This document shows, in pieces, positions 1 through 8,118 of a stretch of 20,000 nt of DNA; positions within the stretch are counted from its first letter, which is position 1; the number at the start of each line of letters is the position of its first letter. This DNA comes from an uncultured virus (IMG/VR IMGVR_UViG_3300042549_004140) (taxonomy: Duplodnaviria; Heunggongvirae; Uroviricota; Caudoviricetes): the IMG/VR virus record IMGVR_UViG_3300042549_004140. One strand, 5' to 3'. The translations under genes and the position numbers were made by a program. The notes under the pieces were generated by a model, which was not told the DNA's origin, made no database searches, and worked only from the letters and a program-made list of their open reading frames with translations.

Positions 1-228
1 ATGCAGGTAAGCAAGTGGACCCCATCGACTAGGGAATCGCTGGTCATTTTCAGAATGATAGAGAGTGTAGTTAACGTGACGCAGGTTTACGTAGATTTCA
101 TCCTCGTCGGTAACAAAGACCGAAGGATTCATAAGTCCAGTCCCAGCGGTCAACCCCTGAGAAATAACAAGAGGACTAAGTTGCCCGCCACTGGCTACAG
201 ATTTTTGCACAAGATTGTTGTTCGTCAT
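1..228 (-). CDS. 5' part of a phage protein running off the window edge; possible beta-propeller glycosidase-like protein
   Basis: Not in the ORF track. The minus-strand frame from ATG 228 is open to base 1: MTNNNLVQKSVASGGQLSPLVISQGLTAGTGLMNPSVFVTDEDEIYVNLRHVNYTLYHSENDQRFPSRWGPLAYLH. An extended -10 (TGcTAGAAT) lies 7 nt upstream. The NPS-[VI]F start resembles GH130/GH43-type propellers (function is inference). Confidence 0.7.
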   Translation of the reverse strand, partial: MTNNNLVQKSVASGGQLSPLVISQGLTAGTGLMNPSVFVTDEDEIYVNLRHVNYTLYHSENDQRFPSRWGPLAYLH

Positions 229-235
229 TAGACCA

Positions 236-244
236 ATTCTAGCA
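236..244 (-). promoter_or_regulatory. Extended -10 promoter (TGcTAGAAT) for a leaderless transcript
   Basis: TAGAAT (plus-strand attcta, 236-241) with a TG extension, 7 nt before ATG 228; no SD sequence. Confidence 0.55.
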
Positions 245-291
245 CTTTTGCTAGGCCTTAGTGTAGACTTATTCAAAGTGATAGGAACATA

Positions 292-555
292 ATGACAACT
301 AATAATCAAAAACTTTACCGCGTTGACTGGAAGCAATCGACCGACATAATCCCAGGGCAGTTCTTTGACGAGTACTCGTACGTCGCAGCTAAGTCAGAAA
401 CAGAGGCAATCAAAGACCTCTATGGAACTGATTTCAAAGTCAGGGAAGCGACGATTGAAGAGATGGAAGCCTACGTTCGAGGATATGAGGACGGCTATGA
501 CTCAGGCATCCTAACTGAGAGAATCAGAATTGCAGAAACCTCCGAAGAGGTCTAA
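292..555 (+). CDS. Hypothetical phage protein
   Basis: 87 aa ORF with AGGA SD upstream and tight coupling to the next gene. Confidence 0.75.
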   Translation: MTTNNQKLYRVDWKQSTDIIPGQFFDEYSYVAAKSETEAIKDLYGTDFKVREATIEEMEAYVRGYEDGYDSGILTERIRIAETSEEV

Positions 556-557
556 AG

Positions 558-1100
558 GTGATTATTGGACTAAGCGGATACGCGCGCTCAGGCAAAGACA
601 CTATTGCTGATTATCTAGTCGAGCATCACGGATTTATCAAACTATCATTTGCTGCTCCGATGCGCGAAGCACTCTACAAACTAAACCCAGAGATTACGGA
701 TATGACTGGATTAGTTTATGGTTTTAGACAGGCCGTAAATCTATTTGGCTGGGACGATATGAAGACATACTTCCCCACCTACCGAGGGCTCATGCAACGT
801 ATGGGCACGGAGGTTGGCCGAGAGATGTTTGGCGAAAACTTTTGGGTGGAGCAGGCATTGAAGCAGGTAACCGAAGGGTCTAACTTCGTATTGTCTGACG
901 TTAGATATCAAAACGAGGCCAACTCGGTTCAAGCAGTCGGCGGAGAGGTTTGGAGAGTAGAGCGCCCAGGGGTAAAAGCTGCCAACGACCACACCTCTGA
1001 GCACGACCTAGACGACTACAAGTTTGATCACCGCATTATGAACTATGGGCCCGTAGAGGATCTCTATCAAACAGTAACAACTATTCTTACTGACCTATAA
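558..1100 (+). CDS. Deoxynucleoside monophosphate kinase (T4 gp1-like dNMP kinase)
   Basis: P-loop GLSGYARSGKDT, SFAAPMR, RGLMQRMGTEVGR, SDVRYQNEA and HTSE motifs are typical of phage dNMP kinases. Confidence 0.9.
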   Translation: MIIGLSGYARSGKDTIADYLVEHHGFIKLSFAAPMREALYKLNPEITDMTGLVYGFRQAVNLFGWDDMKTYFPTYRGLMQRMGTEVGREMFGENFWVEQALKQVTEGSNFVLSDVRYQNEANSVQAVGGEVWRVERPGVKAANDHTSEHDLDDYKFDHRIMNYGPVEDLYQTVTTILTDL

Positions 1101-1101
1101 T
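1096..1101 (+). promoter_or_regulatory. -10 box TATAAT for a leaderless recombinase transcript
   Basis: Perfect TATAAT 6 nt before GTG 1108; no SD sequence. Confidence 0.6.
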
Positions 1102-1107
1102 TAATAC

Positions 1108-1761
1108 GTGGACATAGAACCTACAGACTTAGCAATACTTTACGCACGCGTATCTACCCAACTACAGGTAAACGACGGCGTATCCCTTGACGTCCAAGAA
1201 CGTCAACTGCAGCAGGCAGCCGAGATGGCTGGCTACACAAACATTGAACTTGTCCGAGAAGAAGGCCGCTCTGGAAAAAATATTAGCGGACGTCCAGCAC
1301 TTACAGACGCACTAAAAAGATTAGATGCCGGAGAAGCTAAAGCACTATTTGTTACCCGCATTGATCGTCTAGCTCGCTCAACACAAGACTTCCTTAGCGT
1401 TGTAGACCGAGCCAACAAGAACGGTTGGCGTCTTGTGATGCTAGATCTAAACCTAGACACTTCTAGTTACCAAGGTCGCTTCGTAGTCACAATCATGTCA
1501 GCCCTAGCTGAGATGGAACGTGGGATCATTGCCGAGCGTCAGAAGGACGTACACAAAGACCGACGTGCACGCGGGGTAGTCTGGGGGGTTGACATGGGAC
1601 CAAAGAATAAGACCCCAGAAGAGATCAAACAGCGCGTTACTGCTGAACGATCTTCCGGGGCCTCATACCGCAAGATTGCAGACGGACTAAACCGAGATCA
1701 AGTGCCTACTCAGAATGGTCGTCAGTGGTATCCGACAACTGTTCGGAATCTTTTACTTTAG
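1108..1761 (+). CDS. Small serine recombinase (resolvase/invertase catalytic domain plus short recombinase-type DNA-binding domain)
   Basis: YARVST with catalytic Ser, SG..RP.L, RIDRLARS, AEMER..I.ER, and C-terminal SYRKIADGLN...W..TTVR. Confidence 0.93.
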   Translation: MDIEPTDLAILYARVSTQLQVNDGVSLDVQERQLQQAAEMAGYTNIELVREEGRSGKNISGRPALTDALKRLDAGEAKALFVTRIDRLARSTQDFLSVVDRANKNGWRLVMLDLNLDTSSYQGRFVVTIMSALAEMERGIIAERQKDVHKDRRARGVVWGVDMGPKNKTPEEIKQRVTAERSSGASYRKIADGLNRDQVPTQNGRQWYPTTVRNLLL

Positions 1762-2497
1762 TAGACATCTCATGTCTAAGCTGGACATCTTGAGCAAACC
1801 GACCACTGAACTGATAGTCACCGGCGTGGACCACATTTACCCACGGAGCGGCATAAACTTTACCGCCCATCTCGCGCCATTTACGGCAGAAGTGGTAGTC
1901 CTCGGATAGCAAAATCCCATCCTCTGTAATACTGGTAGCAAAGAACTCGGTAACCATCCGATCAAAGTCAAACTGACCGTTGGAACCATTCAAAGCATAC
2001 TTAGGACAGAGCGGCTCCATCTCTTCAAACACACTTCGCTTAATCAACATTAGACCGGTAGCAACTTCTGTAACCTCAACCGGCTCATTCAGTTTAATGG
2101 TAGATGTTCCAGGAAGAAGATTCATTGCAAAAATACCAGAGTAGTCAGCTAGGTTTTCTTTCCCAGCCAGCGCAGCGGCACGGACACCGTCCCAGTTAAT
2201 GTTTTTCATAGGATAAATCCCACCAATAACATCGGCCTCAATTTCAATCATTGCCACGACATCTGCAACATTAAAGCCCTCATCGGCATCGATAAAGAAG
2301 AGGTAGTCAGCGTCACTGTCTAAAAACTCCTTGACCAGATTATTTCTGGCCCTTGTGATAAGACTCTCATTGTAGATTTTAGAGAATGATATCTGATAAC
2401 CTTTTCGAGCAAGCTCAAAGGTAAGGTTGATAACGCTGTCCATGTAGATGCCTTTACAGTTCCCACCGTACATAGGTGTTGCAATGCGTATATGCAT
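1706..2497 (-). CDS. Glycosyltransferase (GT-A fold, phage type)
   Basis: Likely start is ATG 2497 (MHIRIATPMYGG) with AGGA SD. Motifs: ESLITRARN, DxD (FIDAD), ATGLMLIKR, LSEDYHFCRKW, VVHAG. Confidence 0.8.
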   Translation of the reverse strand: MHIRIATPMYGGNCKGIYMDSVINLTFELARKGYQISFSKIYNESLITRARNNLVKEFLDSDADYLFFIDADEGFNVADVVAMIEIEADVIGGIYPMKNINWDGVRAAALAGKENLADYSGIFAMNLLPGTSTIKLNEPVEVTEVATGLMLIKRSVFEEMEPLCPKYALNGSNGQFDFDRMVTEFFATSITEDGILLSEDYHFCRKWREMGGKVYAAPWVNVVHAGDYQFSGRFAQDVQLRHEMSTKVKDSEQLSDTTDDHSE

Positions 2498-2510
2498 AAA
2501 AATCCTAACT

Positions 2511-2547
2511 AAAAAGAAGGGGCCGGGAAGGGAGACTACCCGGCCCC
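2511..2547 (-). terminator. Rho-independent terminator
   Basis: GGGGCCGGG/CCCGGCCCC 9-bp stem (2519-2547), 11-nt loop, followed on the minus strand by TTCTTTTT. Confidence 0.85.
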
Positions 2548-2575
2548 ATTGTGCCTCTCTCCCAAGGAGCACAAT
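2511..2575 (-). ncRNA. Putative small structured RNA with two hairpins and complementary (kissing) loops
   Basis: Hairpin A is ATTGTG-CTC[CTTGGGAGA]GAG-G-CACAAT. Hairpin B is the terminator, with loop TAGTCTCCCTT. The loops are complementary (GGGAGA/TCTCCC) and a -10 TAGAAT lies at 2579-2584. Confidence 0.55.
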
Positions 2576-2621
2576 CACATTCTATCGCACAATCGATAGA
2601 AAGTGTTAAATATTTACTTTT

Positions 2622-5246
2622 TTAGTTAGCGAGTCTGCTAGCCAAGTTCCAGTCGATACCATTCGACTCAACAGCACGAGGAGCCATCACATACTCTTTC
2701 AGCTCAGCGCGAGAGCCCTGACCCATAATGGTTAGACCTCGGTCAGATAGCTTACGGTGGAATGCAATCTGAGTCATAGGACGCTCACCACGTTCATCAG
2801 ACCAAACTCGATACACCGCATAGACTTCTTTAACTCGAGTAGTCGCACCCTCAACCTGCTTCATTTCTTCGTTCAAGAACATACCAAGACGGTCTTCGTT
2901 CTTGCGGTACATGTCAGCAGCTTCAGCTACGGCAGTACACCAACCTAGAGGATCACGGGCAGAAGAACCTAGATACTTGATCGCGCCCTCAACGGCCCAA
3001 GCAAGCACGGCTGGCAGACCACCTTCAGGGTCAAACAAGTATGCCTTCAGGTCTGGATCGGAAGATTCAGGAACCTTGCTCCATGGAATCGGACGAATAC
3101 GACGCCACATAGCATCATCAGTGATCATAGGGCGGTGGTTAGTGGTAACCCACAGCTTAGCCTGGGCCTTGAATGTAAACGGCTTCTCGCCAGGCGAACG
3201 CGCCGAGATTTCAGATGAACCAGTCAACTTCTTAATAGAGTTTTCCTTGATGCGCTCAGACTCTGGCAACTCGTCAACCCAAACCATACGCTTACCACGA
3301 AGTTCGGCCCAGTGATATAGGTCGGTGCTGCTGGTAGCTCCACCATTGTCAGCAAGGATGCTTGAATCCAGCGGCCACGAATACTGCTGAGTTCCGAGAG
3401 CCTTAACGATTGCTTCAACAAATGTGTTCTTACCAGAGCCCGGAGGACCGTAGACCAAGAACATAAGGTCCTGATTATTTAGACCGGTGAGTGTGTAGCC
3501 AACAGCGCGCTGAATCCAATCCTGAAGCTCTTTGTCAGCACCGGTAGCAAAGTCTAGGAACTGCTCCCAGCGGACATTACGCATTCCAGGGGTATAGGCA
3601 ACAGGGGTGCGCTTCGTGATATGCAAGTCTGGACGTCCACGCAAAAGCTCACCGGTGCGTAGGTTAATAACACCATTGGCCACACCAAGAAGATACTCGT
3701 CGCCGTCCCATTCTTCTACAGGGACCACAACACGAGGGTCGGAGTTTGCGCTTTCGATTGCAGAGTTCAGGCGTGAGTTTGACTTAGCCTGATTAGCCCA
3801 CTTCAAGACTTCATTCTTTTTATCTTGGTCGTCGTATTTGGCAACCTCAGTGGCAATAATAGTTGGAACACGCTTAGCAACCTCACGCATACCGAGGTCC
3901 TCGGCATCTGGACGCCAGTAGCTGCCGTCCCAGATAAACCAACCGATACCTGGAGTGTATCGAATTGAGGACCCAAACGAGTCTACGATTCGACGACCGT
4001 TACCGATATCAGAGAGCGAACGCCTACCAGGCGAGCCACCCTCATGCTCAGAGATAGCGTCTGGGTCCTTGGGAACGTCAACGTTACCACTGCTGAACGC
4101 ATCGGCAATTGAAACACCGCTGTGGGCGGCGTCGGCCATAGCCGCGCCAATAGTGCCGTACACAACTTCGGAGTGGCGTTCGTTGCCTTCGGAATCTTTA
4201 ACCTTAGGGGCTGGATTAGATGGGGTAGATCTGGTCTCCTCTTGGTTACGCTTAGCCCAATCCTGAGCACCCGGCCAAATCAAATCGCCAACTGGGTTAT
4301 TAGCAACAAAATCAATAGCACGTCGAACGTGCATCAGTAGGCCACCCTGGCCCTCAAGCTCTAGCGGTGGACGAACCTTCTCGTGGTTGAAGCGAATCAT
4401 AAGAGTCTCTACTGCAAGCTTTCCAGCCTCAGAGTCCACGCCCATCTTGTTCGCAATTGCACATGCTAGCTTGTAGATGTCTACAGCACGAGAGCCTTCT
4501 TCAATACCTTCTTCAAGAAACTTGTTAATATCAACGCGCTCGTCGCCAGAGTTCAGATCCCCGAGCCAGCTCCAGTCACCTTGACCAAGGCTTGTCCCAC
4601 CACGGCCACGGCTGCTACGCTTACGGATTGCATTTAAAAGTTCTTCGGGGGCCTCAGCCATACGCATTTCCCATGGAGATTGTCCAGGTGCCCAGTCATA
4701 TGTAACACCAGACCCGTGACGAGACGGCGACACCATAACGTAGCCGTTGTACTTAATGTCGATACCGTTCAAACCATAAGACTTTAGGTTTCCCATAAAC
4801 TGGTCGCCGTCTTCGACCCTGAAGTACAGGTGACGTCCACGGTTTTGAGAACCCTGATAGCTATACAAACCAGTCAGCGCTTCTACAGTCTTTGGAAGAG
4901 TTATCCCAAGTAGCTCTTCAAACTTCTCAAACGACTCGATACCGCCAGAGCGCGGGTCAATGTCGACAACGATAAATCCAGAACCCTGGCAGTAAACACC
5001 AATGTTGTTTTCAGGATTGCGATCCCACCAAGACTCTACGATTTCTATCTCATCCGTAGCGCGGTTATTCCAATCGCCAATCTGGGGGTGCTTACCAATG
5101 TCCTTTGGCTCAGCGTGCTGACCATTACAGGTACAGCGACCTCCATCTGTAATACCGAAGCAAGGGAGAATCTTCCATCCCTGCTTGGCGTACCAAACAG
5201 ACCCTTTTGCTAGTCGTTCAGCGTGCGTCGTTTTGGGAGATGACAT
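2622..5246 (-). CDS. Bifunctional primase/polymerase (Prim-Pol) fused to a D5/P4-type SF3 helicase
   Basis: N-terminal Prim-Pol motifs (GKHP, NIG, VVDID, GRHLYF, GIDIK, GYV..PS.H). D5_N-like region (SDIGNGRR, W..WDG..W). Walker A GPPGSGKNT, Walker B WVDE, IKKLTG, TNHRP, AMWRR. Confidence 0.93.
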   Translation of the reverse strand: MSSPKTTHAERLAKGSVWYAKQGWKILPCFGITDGGRCTCNGQHAEPKDIGKHPQIGDWNNRATDEIEIVESWWDRNPENNIGVYCQGSGFIVVDIDPRSGGIESFEKFEELLGITLPKTVEALTGLYSYQGSQNRGRHLYFRVEDGDQFMGNLKSYGLNGIDIKYNGYVMVSPSRHGSGVTYDWAPGQSPWEMRMAEAPEELLNAIRKRSSRGRGGTSLGQGDWSWLGDLNSGDERVDINKFLEEGIEEGSRAVDIYKLACAIANKMGVDSEAGKLAVETLMIRFNHEKVRPPLELEGQGGLLMHVRRAIDFVANNPVGDLIWPGAQDWAKRNQEETRSTPSNPAPKVKDSEGNERHSEVVYGTIGAAMADAAHSGVSIADAFSSGNVDVPKDPDAISEHEGGSPGRRSLSDIGNGRRIVDSFGSSIRYTPGIGWFIWDGSYWRPDAEDLGMREVAKRVPTIIATEVAKYDDQDKKNEVLKWANQAKSNSRLNSAIESANSDPRVVVPVEEWDGDEYLLGVANGVINLRTGELLRGRPDLHITKRTPVAYTPGMRNVRWEQFLDFATGADKELQDWIQRAVGYTLTGLNNQDLMFLVYGPPGSGKNTFVEAIVKALGTQQYSWPLDSSILADNGGATSSTDLYHWAELRGKRMVWVDELPESERIKENSIKKLTGSSEISARSPGEKPFTFKAQAKLWVTTNHRPMITDDAMWRRIRPIPWSKVPESSDPDLKAYLFDPEGGLPAVLAWAVEGAIKYLGSSARDPLGWCTAVAEAADMYRKNEDRLGMFLNEEMKQVEGATTRVKEVYAVYRVWSDERGERPMTQIAFHRKLSDRGLTIMGQGSRAELKEYVMAPRAVESNGIDWNLASRLAN

Positions 5247-5422
5247 ACGTATAAACCTTTCTGTAGTGTTATCAAAGACGATAATACACCCTAGGCGCTA
5301 AAAATCAAAATTGAATACAGCATCTGAGTGTCTTGAAGTGTAGCACGCCTAGGGCTAATCACTAAGTACAGGCTGTTGTACAATTATACATAGCCCGTGA
5401 AAACCCCATTGGATTCCCTATC

Positions 5423-5755
5423 ATGCCACTTGAGCTCATCTTTACAGTATCAGCTGTAGTCACCGCCATCGGCGTTATCGTCGGTGGCATTGTTGCAATC
5501 TACAGAATAGCACAGACTATTAGCAAATCTATTGGATTGGATGCAAAAGGTAGAACCATTTCTGAACGACTAGACCGGGTAGAGCACCAACTCTGGGAAA
5601 ACGGCGGTAGCTCTCTAGCCGACAGAGTCAATACAATTGAAGAGCATGCAATCAAAACAAGCACTGAATTAGAAATCATAAAAAACTTCTTAATCCCAGC
5701 TCAAACTAGTACAATACAACCAGCTAGAAAAACTAGAGCAAAAAAAGCTAGTTAA
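5423..5755 (+). CDS. Membrane protein with one N-terminal TM helix (holin-like/lysis accessory possible)
   Basis: Hydrophobic residues ~4-27, ENGGSSLADRV coiled segment and basic C-terminus. Confidence 0.6.
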   Translation: MPLELIFTVSAVVTAIGVIVGGIVAIYRIAQTISKSIGLDAKGRTISERLDRVEHQLWENGGSSLADRVNTIEEHAIKTSTELEIIKNFLIPAQTSTIQPARKTRAKKAS

Positions 5756-5826
5756 TTCTTAGCAAAATGGCGTTTTATACGCTAAGATGATTTAAAGACA
5801 CAAATGACGAATGAAGGAGTTACAAC

Positions 5827-6093
5827 ATGTCACTGTCCGACAAGCTTCAAAAAGCTACTCAAATGGCAAAAGTATCGCTATGTAAAGTTGGCATATTGCT
5901 GTCTACCGACATACTTAATCCAAAAGATAAAGAACAGCTAGCAGCAATTCTAGCGGTCTCGATGGGTGACCCTAAACGAGTACCGAACTCTATGTTGGCA
6001 AAAGTCCTCCGAGAAGAGGGTCACGACATCTCAAATAGCGCAGTAGACCGCCACCGTCGCGGAGACTGCAGCTGCGCCCGAAAGGTTATGTAA
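5827..6093 (+). CDS. Small HTH-like, probably Zn-binding protein
   Basis: CKVG...LAKVLREEGHDIS..AVDRHRRGDCSC, with AAGGAG SD. Translationally coupled (TAATG) to the phosphoesterase. Confidence 0.65.
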   Translation: MSLSDKLQKATQMAKVSLCKVGILLSTDILNPKDKEQLAAILAVSMGDPKRVPNSMLAKVLREEGHDISNSAVDRHRRGDCSCARKVM

Positions 6094-7292
6094 TGGGTTT
6101 ATCAGATAAACTAGAAGATTTAGCCAATCCAGGCAAATCTGGATCAGATTTCAAAGCACTTAATACCCCAGAGAACTGGCGTTCAAAGATGGACGTCGAC
6201 GACATCTCTGGAGGTTTTATCGTTTCTCAGCCTCGCCCAGCCGGCGAGCCTCAAGACGCTCGTCAGATTCTTGAGGACTTTGACCTCAACCCTGACGACT
6301 GGAATGTCACTTCAATCCGCCGCGGTAAGTGGCAGAAGTACGACGGCGAGTACCTGGAGTCGCTGCGAGTAAACGTAGTGCCAAACCGAGTCGCATACGC
6401 GGACCGACTAGACGCCGAGAAACTAATTGACGAAATCAAGAAGTGGCGTCCAGAGCGTGGCATTAAAGTAGCCAACGGTACTGGATCATTCCTAGCCGCC
6501 CCAGCTGATCAGCAGATCGGTAAGAAGGCAGGTGGACAAGGCACTCAGCAATCGATTGACCGCATCCTAGCCCTGACTGACGCATCAGTACAAAAATTTA
6601 AAGACTACCAAAAGATGGGTCTAAATCTAGGGTCGATCACCCTAGCACTTCCAGGAGACCACGTTGAAGGTAACGTGTCACAGAATGGACGTCTACAAGG
6701 TCTAGCCGCATCAGACCTAGGCCTCACTGAGCAGGTCCGTGTTGCACGTCGACTTCTTATGGCTCAGATTAAAGCTTTCGCTCCACTAGCAGAGCGTATG
6801 GTTGTTCCGGTCATTAACGGGAACCACGACGAAGTAACACGTCAGGTTGCTGCCGATCCCGCTGATGGCTGGAACGTCGAAATTGCTGCAGCAGTGCAAG
6901 ACGCCTGCGCAGAGAACCCTGCGCTACAGCACGTAGAGTTCAGGTTCCCAGCCTCTGGTCACCAGACTCTAGTTGTAGACATTGAAGGCACACACCTCGG
7001 GCTATTCCACGGCCACCAGGCGAACCAGAACAATGTACTGAAGTATCTATCGGGCCAGGCTGCCGGTCAGACCGCACTCGGTAACGCAGACGTCTGGGTG
7101 TCCGGACACTTCCACAACTTCCGCACAATGGATATCGGTGACCGTCTATGGTGTCAGTGCCCTACAACGGATCCTGGCTCAGAGTGGTTCCGTGACCGTG
7201 CAGGTCTCGAGTCTAAGCCGGGTCTACTGACTATGGTACTAGGCAGAGACTTCGACCCAAGAGAGTTTATTAGCGTACTGCCAGTAAAATAG
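6093..7292 (+). CDS. Calcineurin-like metallophosphoesterase (Mre11-like exonuclease family)
   Basis: Motifs ADQQIG, GDHVEG, NGNHD, FHGH and SGHFH. Confidence 0.85.
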   Translation: MGLSDKLEDLANPGKSGSDFKALNTPENWRSKMDVDDISGGFIVSQPRPAGEPQDARQILEDFDLNPDDWNVTSIRRGKWQKYDGEYLESLRVNVVPNRVAYADRLDAEKLIDEIKKWRPERGIKVANGTGSFLAAPADQQIGKKAGGQGTQQSIDRILALTDASVQKFKDYQKMGLNLGSITLALPGDHVEGNVSQNGRLQGLAASDLGLTEQVRVARRLLMAQIKAFAPLAERMVVPVINGNHDEVTRQVAADPADGWNVEIAAAVQDACAENPALQHVEFRFPASGHQTLVVDIEGTHLGLFHGHQANQNNVLKYLSGQAAGQTALGNADVWVSGHFHNFRTMDIGDRLWCQCPTTDPGSEWFRDRAGLESKPGLLTMVLGRDFDPREFISVLPVK

Positions 7293-7293
7293 T

Positions 7294-8118
7294 ATGAAAA
7301 AAACTAGCAAAATGTATATCCCGATCTGGGACCAGGTCCTGAAGAATGGGATCCGTATCGATGACCAGCTAACTAAAGCCGGGATCGAGTTCCTAATCTG
7401 GGACCTAAACCCAGTTCCTCAAAAACGAACTAACTGGGTTCCGGCAGAGAAAGTTTGGTATTACGGACACTTCTACAACTCACTAGAAGATTTTGCTAAG
7501 ACCGATCACGGCATCTTTATTTTCAATGCTGGAGATGCCTACAGTGACCAGCACGCCGAGTTTGTCAGACTTCTAGAAGACCAGATGACAGCAGACGAAG
7601 ACATCTGGGTGATGTCACCACGTATGGTAAATGACGCCAGCGAGGGGATGTTCTCGCTAATTCAAATGTCCAAAAGCCACGAGAACATGGGGTTAATGTC
7701 ATTCATTAACGGTATCTATGTTGCGATGAATCGAGAAGCTGCATTAGATATTCTGGAATACTACCGCTGGCTTCTAGCGAACGACTACATGGACTTTTCA
7801 AAGATGGTAACCGGCCACTGCCTAGACAAGGTTTGCGGTGCCTGGGCAATCTACAACAATAAAAAGGTATACCGCAAATGGGACTTTTTTATGAGAACAG
7901 AAATCAGCACCTCGTACGCCTTAGAAACTGCAGCCAGTGACTGCAAAAACATTAAAGACAGATTTGCAGAATATCTAGAATATCTAGGAAAAGACTCTGC
8001 ACCACTAAAAGTAATATACGAAGCAATCGAAGACAAAGCCAACTACCACTTCCGCACAGAGTACCCGATTGAAAAAATATACGCCAACTTGAAGAACATC
8101 GAGGATCTAGATTACTAA
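7294..8118 (+). CDS. Hypothetical protein, possibly a divergent glycosyltransferase-like fold
   Basis: 274 aa ORF coupled to the cytidylyltransferase. IFIFNAGD and INGIYVAM segments are loosely GT-A-like; function is weakly supported. Confidence 0.6.
   Translation: MKKTSKMYIPIWDQVLKNGIRIDDQLTKAGIEFLIWDLNPVPQKRTNWVPAEKVWYYGHFYNSLEDFAKTDHGIFIFNAGDAYSDQHAEFVRLLEDQMTADEDIWVMSPRMVNDASEGMFSLIQMSKSHENMGLMSFINGIYVAMNREAALDILEYYRWLLANDYMDFSKMVTGHCLDKVCGAWAIYNNKKVYRKWDFFMRTEISTSYALETAASDCKNIKDRFAEYLEYLGKDSAPLKVIYEAIEDKANYHFRTEYPIEKIYANLKNIEDLDY

Noticed and set aside
1..231. Plus-strand 76-aa ORF
   Set aside because: It is the shadow of a better-supported minus-strand gene that has a promoter and more protein-like sequence.
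1108..1761. Recombinase as a prophage integrase or IS607 TnpA
   Set aside because: It lacks the large-integrase C-terminal domains and the N-terminal MerR-type HTH; no tnpB or att site is seen.
2498..2578. 27-aa N-terminal extension of the GT given in the ORF track
   Set aside because: It runs through the hairpins/terminator; ATG 2497 has an SD and begins the recognisable domain.
2511..2605. tRNA or known self-cleaving ribozyme
   Set aside because: No cloverleaf or T-loop, and no hammerhead or HDV core could be fitted by eye.
2757..4340. Several short ORFs overlapping the primase
   Set aside because: They are antisense or off-frame shadows of a long conserved CDS, with no motifs.
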